Assembly: GCA_030141605.1 (NCBI GenBank)
Contig: JAQGDQ010000043.1
Span: 620,001-684,000 of the forward strand
Direction: 5' to 3'
Origin: Tubiluchus corallicola
Taxonomy: Eukaryota > Animalia > Priapulida
DNA length: 64,000 nucleotides
Part shown: piece by piece, positions 39,418 to 54,400 of the stretch
Layout of the letters: each line of letters starts with the position of its first letter
How positions within the stretch are numbered: position 1 is the stretch's first letter
The notes under the pieces: model-generated
What the model was told of the DNA's origin: nothing
Database searches by the model: none
What the model saw: only the letters and a program-made list of their open reading frames with translations
Program-made: the position numbers and the translations under genes

Positions 39418-42400
39418 ATGCAGCTTAGCGGCGATAGCAATAACATAAGTAAGATTACTTTACAATATTTATAGCACAACAGTGACCTGTATAGTTATAG
39501 TAAAAATGCATAATGTTTTAGGACTAATCTTACGTAATTATCCAGTAATAATTCTGTTTAATATAAGATGTAATTTAAAATATACGAAATAAAATAAAAT
39601 AAAAGTTTTTGCCGTCTTTTAAGCATTTTTATTGCAATTATCATGAATGAATAATGAAAGGGAAAAATTTGCTCATTAGACGAAAATGTTAACAAGAATT
39701 TTCACGCTTCATATCCTAAAATTGTTCTTATTACGTACGTTCAGGACTTTAAATTAAGTAAATAGTAGCGACTTTGCTATATTTTATTCTAACATTAATC
39801 TATGTCTATATTTAATCTATGAGCTAAATTTTTAAATACTGGAGAATAATTGGTCAGTTCCTTTCTCCTAAAGAAGGCATTGTATTAAATATATACATTG
39901 ATCGCAGCTATTTAATTGTGTTATTTAATTTTTCGAAGACATTAAATTTAGGTACCTTAGCGCAGATAGGTTAAGATTTTTATATATCGAAAACGTACAA
40001 ATGCCTACTGTAAAATTTAGAATTTTGTTATACGTACTTTCTGATTTTTTGTAGGTGATTATAAAATTTAATGTTATGTTATGTTAGGTAGGCCCTAACA
40101 TTAAATATCACATACACGCGCATGCTATGACTATACATGTACTATTAAGCAAGCAACGAGCATTAAGGTCTGTTTGGTCTTATGGTCTCCAAATGACTGC
40201 ATGGACTTTAATGAAATTTTGCATGAATAATACTAGGACCAGGGTGACAGAGGGTTCACTTAATATCATTATGGCGACTAAAATATCAGCGAGTTTGTCT
40301 GTTTGATAGGCCTAATATAATTAACATTATAAATTATGTAGCCTGCTGCTGGACATTATAACAATTTGGCGCTTGCTAACCACAGTAGCAACATGGTGTA
40401 GCAACCTTCATGTTGTATGATTATAGCAGGCCAAACATGTAATTTTACAACCACACATCCACCATTGATGCTAACTCACATCCTATATTATTAGAGATTA
40501 GGAAGAAACGTTTCACCCCATTTAAAAGAGACACCACGTCAAGACGAGGAAATTTGTTCTTACTATGCACGATGCAAAAATAGTTTTATTGCCTACTGCA
40601 GCTATACTGCTTATTCTGTAAATGATGTTTTTTTTTTATTTTGCTAATCACTGTATGTTTTCTCAAATTTTGTTCAAAACTTTGGCTAAAGTTTAGTTTC
40701 CCCACGCACAAAAAATTAGTTCATGAAACGGATTAGGGTTAGGGTCAGGTTAGGATTGGGGTTTGGGTTAGGGGTAGGGTTAGCGTATTTAAATGGTGTA
40801 GGAAATTAAAAACTACTTCTAAAACTTTAAACTGTTCATAGTTCTGAATGTTTTAAATTAATTTGTTATGTATGTTTTACCAATTTTAGATGTTGTGCAT
40901 TACCGATATTTAGAGCAATTTTTATCAATTTTATTTTAATCCTTCTGTTAATCCAGTTTTTGCTGCAATTTTATTGAATAAACTATTATTATAAGGATCA
41001 TCATCGTTAAAGGACCACTAGTTAAAGGAACACTGGTTAAAGAATTTAAGAACCACTGGCCAAAGGCCCACCACAGACAAAGGACCAGTCATAGAACCAC
41101 CCTCCACATTTTAGAAAGAACCATTTTTCAAAGAAGAAGCACTTGTCAGGATGACCATATGAGAATGATCGGTAAAAGGACCACCAGCAGATATAGTGGC
41201 GACACCATTGTGTTACAGGCCAACGCGAGTTACAAAGGACCACCAGCAGATATAGTGGCGACACCATTGTGTTACAGGCCAACGCGAGTTACAAAGGACC
41301 ACCAGCAGATATAGTGGCGACACCATTGTGTTACAGGCCAACGCGAGTTACAAAGGACCACCAGCAGATATAGTGGCGACACCATTGTGTTACAGGCCAA
41401 CGCGAGTTACAAAGGACCACCAGCAGATATAGTGGCGACACCATTGTGTTACAGGCCAACGCGAGTTACAAAGGACCACCAACAGATATAGTGGCGACAC
41501 CATTGTGTTACAGGCCAACACGAGTTACAAAGGACCACCAGCAGATATAGTGGCGACACCATTGTGTTACAGGCCAACGCGAGTTACAAAGGACCACCAG
41601 CAGACATAGTGGCGACACCATTGTATTACAGGCCAACGCGAGTTACAAAGGACCACCAGCAGATATAGTGGCGACACCATTGTATTAACCTCTGCAAATA
41701 ATTATATCTCAGCAGAAAGCAAAAATGTCTCGAGTTTTTGTTCGTTGACCCTTTACCAGCTCTGGTAGTTTTGGTCTGGGTGGTCTTTCGTCTATTCAGT
41801 GAATTTTTGACTAATTGGCCTTTACAGGTGGTCCTTTATTCCTGCTTGCCCTTTGACCAGTGGTACTTTGTCTGGTGGTTCTGTTTTTCTTACACTGGAG
41901 ATCCTTTGAGCTAACTCCTCTTCATCTGGGTTGCGTAAGTAATTAATTCCAGCTACATCGAATGTTCTCGTTTAAAAGGTTTTGGTCTACATTAGAATGC
42001 GAATTAGATAAATCTAACTAAATCATGTCCCAATCTAATTTAACTCTGAACAATTCCAACCTGCGTCCTACTACTAGATTGCAAAATCAATGATATCAAA
42101 ATTCAGAATCATCTAAAGTCAAACTAGCCTATTCACAAGTACATGTATAACTGATATTCTTCGATGTAGTCATTGTTTGGCAGTTACTGTAAATTAATTA
42201 TATTATTGAGCGTAACATAATTACGTAATGTGGCCATGAAGAGACTAGCTACATGATATTTTATAAATGTACTAGCACGATACAGTATTGAAAGGAAAAT
42301 TTGATTGAAGTATGGCTGGTAGAATATTTGCCTAGCACGCACCAGGACAGGGTCATTGAGTACTCGTCCTTCCGGCGAAGCATACCGCATGATAATTATC

Positions 42401-45400
42401 AATCAATTAAGTGAGAGCGATAATCACACCTTGCAATAACTAGTGATGAGCATGCGCTGACACTACCCATCCTGTCATGTCACTCAACTTGTAGTGTGAA
42501 CGCAGTCACAACACTAATGACTAATAATGAACATTGTTTACACATTCTACCCTATCATCTCTAATGTCGTTCAACTGAACTTGCATTTAATCGCTAAATA
42601 AGTTTACAAAAATTACAGTTGAAAGTTTCGACCAATTTATAGTGTACACACTATATAGTGTATAGTGGTCAGTACTAAGCCTCGCTCTTTTTGCACATTG
42701 CTTCAAATGCAAAACATAATTTTATGTTTGCTGGATTTTTGGAGGTACAAACACAACCAAGTATTGCAGCTATAATAATGACAAGGAGTGCTCATATAGG
42801 GGCTTATAATCATAGCTTCTCTAGCTGCCTATATTCCCAATTTGATATCGCATACAGTTTAAAGTTCTTGTTTTTGCTTTTAAATCACTAAAAAGGGAAG
42901 CACCACCATAGTTGGCAGAGACATTTGAATTCATTGACTCAAAATATACGATTACGATCTGTAGACAATCTATATCTTAAGATACATAAAACTAGGGGGT
43001 AGGGTTTTCAGTGTTTGTGGAGCCCGTTTATGGAACTGGTTGCCTATGAAATTAAAATTGGCTACAAATGTTAAAGAATTTAAGAAATTTCTTAAGACTC
43101 ACTGTTTCAGAAAGCATTTGTGTAATTTTAATAGTCTATCATTTTATGCTAAAACCTTTCACTAGTGTGATACGCGATTCTGTAATCCTTGTTATAATTT
43201 AAAGTAGTTTTTAGATTTTAGCTGATTTTATTTTATCTTTCTGCAGCACCATTGATAATACTGCAATGGGTGCTTATAGATAAAAAACTGTAACTGTAAG
43301 TAATAAAGCTGGAAAAAGACTAAATTTAAGCACATAAAGAAGATGATTTGTCTGACCGAAGTGGTCACTTCAAAAAAGTCATTTAACAGTTTCTTTAATG
43401 ACTTGACATGCACGCCTAAAACATATAACGCATTTCTACAAAAAGAGTAACAAAATAACAATAAACAAGCTAACTACTGAACCAAATAATTTTTGGCAAA
43501 CTAGAGCGCCATACCTTATCTATAATAGCTTATGTTCCATTGTAATATGCCACTCATTCGTACTGTTCCATGTACATATAGTGAAAGTGATTAATTTTAT
43601 TGTAGTAGGTCAATAGCACAGTCTTTAATTACCGGAAATGGTAGAATTCCCCAATTTCGACTATGATTTTTCCACAAACGTAATTATCGTACTTGTAGAG
43701 TAAACTATTGTCAAATGATTTTACTTTATACGAAAACGAAATATATGTTGTATATATTAATGTTACTGTATATACTGAACGTTACTCAAGAACAGAACGT
43801 TTTCATCGTACCTACGCAAGCTCTCTAGATGTAGGCATAATATACATTACTAGCGGTCTTTACAATGCTGGTGCCGCCACCAAGTACAACTTAATTGAAC
43901 TAAAGAGAGCTAGGGGCGCTTTTGGTGCTAGGTGTTTTCGACAGAGGCTATTTGGACACATAGGACATTTGGACACAAGGATATTTAGACACGTAAGGCT
44001 TTTTGACACATGGGACAATTGGACGCATAGGTCATTTGGACACAAGGACATTTGGACACATAGGACATTTGGACACGTAGGGCATTTGAACAGAATGACA
44101 TTTGGATATATAGGACATTTGGACACAAGGGACGTTTGGACACAAGGGACATTTGGACGAAATAGCACACTGAATACAGGTAATTTGTTGTTATCTGATG
44201 CTACAAGAAACAAAAAGCGCATTATATGTATAGCACTAGGCAACTCAGTGATTACCATATTCCGAAAATAAGAACTAACCTTATGAAAAACTTTATCGTT
44301 TATAAGGCCTCTGCTTTATGGAATAACTTTCCACTTGCAGTCGCTTGCCAAATCGCGGTCGTGTTTCAAAATGAAAATAAAAATCACACTATAATATTTT
44401 TGTAATGCCAAATAATATTTATTGTGCATTTTTTATTTTCGTTATTGAAATGTTTAATTTATTTTACTATAATTTTAGTGAATTTGGTCCTATAAGTCTG
44501 GTGGCTTCGTGACCAGCCATAATTATTTTATTTGTATTATGCAAATAATGTACGTTATTGATCGGAAGCGTATTTTTATGACAGATTTTTATTATTTACT
44601 AACAATTCATTTTCAGTTTTATTTTTATTTATATACATTTACTAATGTAAATTCAGTATTGTATGCATGAATGTTTTTATGGCAATAAACAAAACAAAAC
44701 AAAACTAAACTAACAAAACCCGAAAGCGTACAGGACCTTGACACTTTCACAGGCACACCTTTTGAGGAAGCAGTACATTAACTTCAGATATCTCAAAATT
44801 AGCTGTTTGTTACGTTTTGGTCGATTAGTGACTGTTTATTGATCAGTTCTCAAAACAGTAACCACACAAATTGTTTCCAAGGATTAAACTATGCGCTTTT
44901 TTTCAATTTTCAAGAGGTTTTTGCTAAACTAAAAATATGAATCACAACACCTGCTTTATGCTGAAACGAGATAACTGCCTAAAAGCAAAATGTTCAGTAA
45001 AATGAAAGTGAACTGCTATATACTATATGTAGAGTAAACTGAAGTGGAGAGATAAGTAAATGAGTGGTCGTTGCGTGTGCTCGATTAGCTTAGTTAAGCA
45101 ATGACAACCTTGGCAGAGTGTGGATGGGCGAATGCTTTGAAATTTGAATCTAAGTTTTTTATTTAGCAAATTGGCCTGACTATCTCTCTCACTGAGGTAT
45201 GACGAACTTGCATCGTCAAGCGTACCTAGCACGGTAGCAGTGAAACGTGGTAGAGTGTCTCATTCTAGATGAATATAGAATCCTTGTGTTGAAGTGTCCT
45301 TGTGTCGAAATGTCTTATGTGTCCAAATGTCTTGTGTCCAAATGACCTATGTGTCGAAATAGCTTTGAGTCCAAATGACCTATGTCTAAATGCCTTGAGA

Positions 45401-48400
45401 CGAAATGTCTGCACACCGGCGTTTTTAATTACTTTGCCATGTTTTAGTACATGTATGCACATATTTTTTCCGTCTTGCAGATATTGCGCCTTTGATTGCA
45501 CTGCTGTTACCGCTCACACTTCTGGTAAGTGTATTAATTTGTAACTTTTTTGCAGCATCTGTCTACGTTTTTTATTACTAACTAATAATAAAAAGCCAGC
45601 CATACACATATGCATTATTATATGTTACGTCTCTTACGTGCGAAAATGCATGTCCAAAGGGAAACTTATCCAACTGAACCACGAAAACTCTGAAAGTGCG
45701 GTACCTCTTTGCCACTAAGAAAATTCCAATTCCCAATTGTCATAGTGCACATTAGAATGTGGTAAGAAGCTTCTATTGTTTGACAGATAAAATTTTATAT
45801 GGCTGTAGACCTATATAGTCAAATTACAATATTAAAAAGTTGTAATTTTTGCGTCGTATCATATTATTTTATAGATTTTAAAGACATTTTCCGAGATTTT
45901 AAAGATTTTAGTTATACAAATGATTAAAGATTATTATATAGCAATAGCTGCTGCTGATAAAGAACTCCAAACTCATTACTAATTGACAGTCATTTTGTAA
46001 TTTTGAAAGACCTAATATAGCTACTAAACAAATTTATAAATTTCATGTCATATTTTTTTAGTCATAAATCAAACGTCATAGTTTTCAGTTGCGTAACGGA
46101 AGTAAAAAGAATGTAAATTTATACTGGTATAGAAATGTAAATTATGTGTACTTCATAACGAAGACAAAGCACATTTTCTGTCAAGAGCGTATAAATTGTG
46201 TGAATTAGGGCCTGAATATTATAAAATAATATCTTTCAAACGTTGTGCAATTGATAACCTGCAATTAGAGGTACATTTTTCGTTCTATATTTTGTGTAAT
46301 TGTTATTAATTAAATGTATATGTATAAATGTTACTAATACAAATTAAATTACTAATACATAACTAAATTATATATAATAACATAATACAGCCTATATAAG
46401 ATGGTTGCATTGTTTTTATTTTTATTCAAAGTGAGTTCCATATCCCATGTATAATCTATTAAACGTTACATTATAGCCTTATTGTTTTTCATACGTTGTG
46501 CATACATTTTCGTCTGAATAAAACATGCAGCAGAGACAACGTCTCAATGCAGCATGATTTAATTTCGAAAGCTTACTAGAAAAATGCATACATAAGTGAA
46601 AAATGTTTACAAGAACAGCACGATCATAAATAAATAAAAAATAAAATAGCCAGCTTCAGAAATACAAAAATAAACAACAAATGATACACAAAAAATATGA
46701 AGTCATACTTATTGGTTCAACTTCCTTAGAAACTCCTGATCGAGTTTGCTGCATAACTTAGGAATTAATTCTGTCATGCTGAAAACAAGAAAAGAATTCC
46801 ATCCATTGGAGGGTATATGCAGATCGAGGTTTTTTGGGGAGGGTTTAGGGGACCCAGATGCACAATAATCCAAAATATAAAAAAATCGCATCAAAAAGCT
46901 ACAATTGTTGTTCAATGGAAACTGACAAAATCTTGTAATTATTTCACAGGTTGTGCCGACAGCCTCACAGCAAGAAGTTCACATTCTAGTCGATTTGGAA
47001 CTTGGTGTGTTTGTTTGTCCAACGCGTAATTCCAGACCACTTTTGCAGTTATTTTCCATTTCCAGTCTGTGCAATGGACGTCGAGAATGCTTAGCAGGGG
47101 CGGACGAAAACAGCATTTACTGTTCTGGTAAAGTATTCAAGTAGAAGTGCATGAAGGTGCCAACCTCAATTTAGTGCCAAATTATAAATGTATCTCTCAG
47201 CTTGGAATTTAATATAGGCTTACAATTCTTTATGTGAAATGCTTCCTTAACAAACAAAGTAAACAATGAGTGTTTTCTCAATACTCTGAAGGAGGTTTTA
47301 GAAATATAATACTGACACAGAGATTCGTACTTTTGGATCGAAATTGGTGAAAAGATTTGAAAGAATGTATACTTTCAAAACAGAGCTTATGGAAGAAAAC
47401 AATGAGTTTATCAATATTCCAGAAAAATAAGCTTAAACTAGATTTCGTTCCTTTAACTGGCAGCCTGCAACGTTATTTTTTTGCTTTAGTGACTGCAAGA
47501 GGCTAAATGCTGATGTTAACAGCGATAATGAACTCAGCTATTCATAACAACTGTGTTAGTAACAAAATGAGTGTATAGTGCATTCATGTGTACTGTTTCC
47601 CCATACTTTGTTTTCAAATTTATACCTATGCTAACTTATCACGCTATTCGCACCAGCTGTTTAGACCTAAATGGCATAAAAATTGAACCAAACAGCGAAC
47701 AGTGATTTCTTTTTCATTAATGCCACTTTACTGGTAGAGATAACTATTGTAACAATTACTGTCAGTTGATTACAGGTCTTGGCGCATTTTAGATTAAATG
47801 ACATAATACCGTTGAGTTTCCATCAAATGTCTCTTAGTATAGCTGTTTGGAAGGAAAGCAGATCTTGGGTTCGAATCCCAGTTGATGTGCAAAATTTACC
47901 AGACTTTCTAATTTAGTACGCTGACGAACAAGCTGAATGATGTGGATGTCTGCATGTTTCAGATGACAAATGCAATCCAAAGTGTGTAGATGACCAAGGA
48001 ACATGCCTGACTCCTGGACAGTGTTTCTGCAACACCAATTATGCAGGTGTCAATTGCAGTATTCCTGGTCAGTGTTAATCATTTATTTTCATTAAACAGC
48101 TTTATGTGCACTAATCTTCACTGAACAAACTTCTGTCATATTTTTAAGTAGGTTTTGGGCAGTTTGTGAGTTTATCTGAATAGTTTAGTCAAAAAGTGCT
48201 TGATCACAAATGCTTGCTTAGAAAGTCATATGTAAAGTTGTTTAAAAATATTAAACACATTGACTGACTGAACTTGCATTGCTTTTAGATGAGAATGAAT
48301 GTTTAGATAGTCCATGTGATCCATTTGCTTTATGCATCAACGTACCAGGCTCATATCATTGCATTTGTCTTCCCGGATTTACGGGCGATGGAATTGTCTG

Positions 48401-51400
48401 TGACGGTAAGTAAGCCATGTGTAACAGAACTGGTCAACAAAAGGAAAGAAATAAGACAGTTGATATCTGTTGAGAACAGATGATGATAGTAAGATGATCA
48501 ATTTTATCATCTATTACGAATGATTTATTGAGTACGACATGGTTAAGTCATATTTATTACATAATGATACTTAAAGCTTTGAAAATTGCAAACCTGAAAT
48601 ATTTGCAGATTTTTTTTTCAGAACTGGCCAACAGTTTGACTCCAACAAGCACTGAGATTTGAGAGATGTCTATCGCATTTCTAACAGCATCCTCAATCAT
48701 AGTTAATGTCAGTAATTTGTTGTCGCTTAATAAAGCCAAAGTTTTTACCTCTTTGTATATCTGTCCAACATTTTTGCGAAAATTCGATAATCGAAGACGA
48801 ATGACACCAGCTTCTGTTAAGTTCGTCTAAATTTCGTGTACAATTTTTGATCTTGTACATAACACACAGCACATGCCATATCATCTCAATCATGGACCAA
48901 AGAATTGTCTAATTTTTTGGACCTGACAAAACTGTGTTGGTCGTTTAGAATATGGACTACCGGTATTGCAAGGTGGAGCTCTGCATGACCAGCTCATGCT
49001 AATCATATTCATAAAAATTAGCTTTACTTATTCCTGCATATGAAAGTAATGTTGAGAATCAAATAAAACTACATCCCTTTTAGGCTACATTACAAGAAAT
49101 CACTTTAAAGCCGCAGGCTACTAAATGATCACTTACTAAGACAAAGTTCTTTTGATTTCACATGCCTGATAGGATGTTTAACAATCTCTTTACTGGTACT
49201 GAGCTTGTCATCTTAATGTAAAGAAGATGATCGTTGTATCCTTTCTAAGTCCCTCTTATGCAAACTGCATATTACACTAATGTTACATCATATTTTATCT
49301 TCAATGAGCATCTATCCCAGGCAGCACACAATACTGTCACCATATGGTCACGATCTTCTCAGGATCTTGACAAATATTCCGAAAATATCGTCACAATTTT
49401 TGCTACAATATTGGATATTTTGCAAATATTGGTAGAACATTTGACCAATATTGTCGTTCAGGTGAAAACACATGGCTTACACATACGACATATCGTTACA
49501 AAATATAGGTACGATGTTGTGCAAGTTCACATTTCCATATTGTCCCAAAATTTAAAAAAATATCCAAAATACCAGTGTCACAACATTGGTACAGGTACAA
49601 TATTGACAATGTTGTTGTGCTGCCTGGGATGCCATATTGTAAGGAGTTACAGTTACACAGCAACTACATCTGGGCACTGGTGCCTCCAGAATTCGAGTCA
49701 AAAAAATGCTACGCATGTAGATTCATGTTGCCATAGTCATGTGCGCTTTTATGCATATAAATTTACAGATATAAACGAATGCAGTGACCGCCGATCACCA
49801 TGCGATCCGGAACTGGGAGACTGTTTCAACATTCCCGGCAGCTTCTACTGCAGCTGCGAGATGGGGCTCATTATGATGAATGACGGTAAATGCTATGGTG
49901 AGTTATTTTGTTAAATGGACCACAAACAGGGTCCATTTTTTTATTTTGTTTTTTAGGCTCCTGGAACTGCTTTTTAAACTTAAAATTTTATTTCAAGCTA
50001 AATGAATTATTCAGGAATAATAATTATTCAGCAAAATATAAAATGCTATACTCATTTTTCAAAAAAAATGATTTCCATTTGAATTTTTTAGCAGTGCTCC
50101 TCAAGTTTGGGGGCCCCTAGGGCTTCAGCCTATATCTAGCCCATAGGGTAATCCAGCCCTGGCCCCATATCTGTACCACAAGCTCAACCATAGCTAAATT
50201 GTCTCTATCTAAGATCCAATCATTTTTAACATTATTTCCCCAGAAATTGGCTAAGGTACTAAACCAAATATATGGAAAAATTAAAAAAAGTAAGCAAGTG
50301 ACCAAAACAAGCGTCAGATATTTCGAGTAAGACTGTTAAGCCAAAATTCGTTGCAACGCTAGAGATCAATTTACACGATTAGTTATCACTGCTTAAGTAG
50401 TTTTAAGATATTCTTAAAATGATTATAATTGTTTCAGACATTGATGAATGCAATTATCCCGAGCAAGTCTGTGGGCACAATGCCGTCTGCAGCAACACAG
50501 AAGGCAGTTTCACTTGTATTTGTGACGAAGGTTATATTGGCGATGGTTTACAGTGTTCAGGTATAATACTGCGTTATTAATGCATTCCTTCATTTACAAA
50601 TTTGGATGCTTGTATACAAATATCTAGGGAAAAGCTATTGTAAATAAACACAGTGAAAATAATCATGGATTTAAGCAATAAGCATTTTGTTATTGGCTTT
50701 GAATTATTTTCAAAATTCAAACATAAAAATGTTTGCCTTATTGAAAATTTACAATCTACTATGAGGTCTAGAAGTAGAAGAAGCAAACCTGTGCCTGTAA
50801 ACAACGTTATAACATAATATTAACTTTCATATTCCTATCAGGTATCTTTTCTTCACTGTTGCTGTTCTCATTCAATACAACAATGACTTTACTAGACAAT
50901 AAAGGTGGTTCACATGGTTACAGATATAAATGAATGTGAAAGTAGAAGAATTTGTCCCAGGGATGCAGAGTGCTTCAACTTAGATGGAAGCTACACTTGT
51001 GGATGTGACGAAGGATTCGAGATGATAGGAGACAAATGCGAAGGTTATCTTAATTCAGTACTTTAATTAAGTTTTACGTGTCACAAACACTAGCAATGTC
51101 TGAGAAGACAGGTGCATGGTTAGGGGCCACCCACGTATGAAGATATCAAGTTTTCGTCCGATTTTGAGGACCTACCTACATTGTGTTCTAATGGTGTTAC
51201 CATATGTCCCAAATTAGCAGCCTGCTGGGATCAGTGCAAAATGGCTGCGCAAATGTAACGTCGTCTGCTACTGGCATGCACTCAAGTGAAAAAAGGGTAA
51301 AAGTCAGGTAACGATCATGACTAAATCACTACCTACCTTGCATTTTATTGGCATTCTTATGTGTTCTGCCACTGCAACCCTAAAGTTGATATCATTACAT

Positions 51401-54400
51401 GAGGATGGCCCCTTACTGTCTTGTTGTTTCCTGATTAACCGAGAAGTTAGTACATCCACTGAGAGTTCTGTTGAAAATTAATTAAAACAACTACCCAATA
51501 CCAACTATTTCACATAACATTTCAAAAGAATCCTTTTCCATAATCATATGACAAACAACTACCAATGTAAATAAGTCCAATTTGTGTAAATATCAGTATT
51601 GTGCATAAGACATTTAATGTATCATAATCAGTTATATGGAACTTTTCTAACATTTACACAGATTCCATTCGAACTTAATAAGTATCAGCTTCAAAATAAG
51701 TTACATTCTCGTCAAATTGAATCTAGGATATTGCCTTGACTGACTAATATAGGTGATATTGTTCACAATTAAATTTTATAAAGTCACCATGACAGTTCAC
51801 ATTTCTTAGAAACTAAAATTAACCATGTCCTGCTGATGTTGCTGTACTTAAAACCAATTGTGTCATAAAGCAAAATCATGACACTGTTGCTCTTACAGAT
51901 GTGAATGAATGTCTACTAAGATTTGATGAATGTGACCTGGAAGCTAACTGTGTCAATACCGTAGGCAGTTTCCGCTGCGAATGTTTCCGTGGTTATACAG
52001 GCAGTGGTTTGAGATGCACAGGTAAAAAGTGCTTATAACATACAACACTTATGATGAATACTATGTACGAAAGAATTGAGCGGTATGCTAAATGATAATG
52101 TTGTGATACCTACATGTTATCAGTGTAGTGTATGTAAGAATCTTATATTTTGCTACAATTTAGTATTCTGCAAGGTAGAATTCAGTACTCAATAGCACAA
52201 TCTACTTAGTTTAAGTGGTTGTAGAGGGACCAGAACCCAATTCACTATTAAAGATAATCCCGTAAGATGAGACCTCTACCAGCAGGACTGTCATAGCCAC
52301 GTCCAGATTTTATATAATATCCTCTTTCAAAAAGATAACTAACTGGGGGCAGTAAATCAAGTTAAATGGTCCAGAAGCAATTTTCCTATCCATTTGTTAA
52401 CCAGATCCAGGCTCACAGTTGCTTAACTATGATTACTAAGCATACCCAATGACCATGCAACTATTTCTCTTGCTGCAGACAATATCAATACTTGTAAAGC
52501 TTGGTTATTATGCAAATAGCATAGAATGTGGTAACATGCTAAATAGCTAAATGATATCAGGTTCAATATCTGGAAGGCTGTACACTGTACTAACACAAGA
52601 TTATTAAAAGGCTGACAATTTAAAAGTGAAAGTACTTTAGTTTATTTCACACAGTCTGATGATACAGACTAACCCCAATGTTACCAGTTAGAGTACTTCA
52701 GTGGAGTGTAAGGACACAAAAAACTTCTAGCAACAGTGTAAGATGCGTGCAGCCTGTGCAAAAAAAAACTTGGAAAAATGAATCTTTTATGATGTCTGTC
52801 TTAAAAACTCTTAAATAGAAGAACCAACTGTAACATCAAGCTTAAGAGCCACGTACCATCATTAACCAAATTCAAATTTGTCTAAAGCAGCATAAAGTTT
52901 GTTTGACCACATAGAAACGTCCCGGGTATTTTAAATATAAGTGAGTGCAGTACCTTGTCTAAGCATTTTAGGCCACTCTGAAACTTTTAAACTTTAGCGC
53001 CTATTCCTATCTATAGCGGTGCATTAGGGCCAGATTAAGGCAGTGCTGGTTCCAACCCAGACCAGACTCAAAAATATCTAGAATATATTAATAGAAAAAT
53101 TACACTCCTTCGTGGGAAATTTGGATCCAAGGTCTATTGGGCCAACTGAGAGAACGGGGGTCCTAGCCATGGCTCTCAGTGAGTTAGGTCACCCTGTATG
53201 ACCTAAATAACCGTGGTGCGGAATCACTTTTGGAGGTGAAGTGCTAGAGCTATGAGGTCCAGAATTTACTATTTTTTGGATCACTTTTTAGCTCTCGGGC
53301 CCCAAAGCAATGCTCGTGATCTGTCTCTTCTTTGTCTTAAGTGCTATCACACAGTTACTTTACATGACATTAAATCTGGAATCTGTATTTACACAAATAG
53401 AATGTCTAAAAGCAAAAAGAAAGTACATATTACTCGTATTACATATGTCAAATGATTTTCTACAGATCTGGATGAATGTAAAGCTAGAGAAGATAACTGT
53501 CACAATCAAGCCTCTTGCAGGAACACTGATGGAAGCTTTCGCTGTACCTGCAATCCGGGATACATCGGAAACGGTGTGCAATGTCAAAGGGATCAGATGC
53601 CAGGAGTATCAGATGACGAAGATGTCAAAGGTACAATGGTCTTTAGTGAAAACGAAACTTGCAATGAAAATTAAACACAAATTTTAATTAATTTAGAAGC
53701 CTCTGTAGTGCAATGGTTAGCACAACTGCCCAAAAAGTAGAAGGCTTTGAGTGTGAGTCCTAGTGAAGCTGCAAAATTTTCCAGACTTTCTAATTTAGTT
53801 TACTTTTATGCATTTACAGCATTAGAAACCATGCCGCGTTGTTGGTGATAAAAAATCCGGAAATCTGTGAAAGAAAATCAATTTTGCGTGTAGCAAATGA
53901 GTCAGAAAACAGTTACTGTAAGAAGAAATACTTTCACTAGAGAGACAGAACAAGTTGCCCTAGAAATACCCTAAAATGTGTTTATCATAATTTTACCAAA
54001 CAAAACACGATTTGTCATTTCAGTAATGTGTTTTCGTGACCACATGACAGTCACTGTTCCCGTTGATGGTAGTTATAATGGAGTGGCATACGTGAAAGAC
54101 TACTACAAAAGACGAAAATGTATGATGGCTTTGTCAAATAAAAACCTTCGCACTTCTAATGCCACATTTACTGTTTATTATGACGAGTGTGGCACCAACT
54201 ACGATCCGGTAAGTACGAAATAGTACGGAGATATTACAATGTCTATCTTTAATGTCAATGACGTTTTTTAAGAATTACTTGTACAGTTAAAGAATGAAAG
54301 ATGAGAAACTGCAGTGTGTTGACATAGTTTTTTCAACATAATCTAGGAAAGAGAGGTCTATTCAACAGTGGTAATTATCACTGACACCCCACCAGTATTG

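Noticed and set aside
41175-41687. Possible CRISPR array
   Set aside because: Units are identical end to end with no unique spacers, there are no cas genes, and the context is a eukaryotic intron.
43708-44271. 187-aa ORF with GHLD/TFGH repeats
   Set aside because: Translation of the 17-18-bp tandem arm; open on both strands and the repeat is out of codon phase.
49258-49768. N-terminal part of the 218-aa ORF
   Set aside because: Runs through an EnSpm-like MITE; only 49769-49897 is a real EGF exon.
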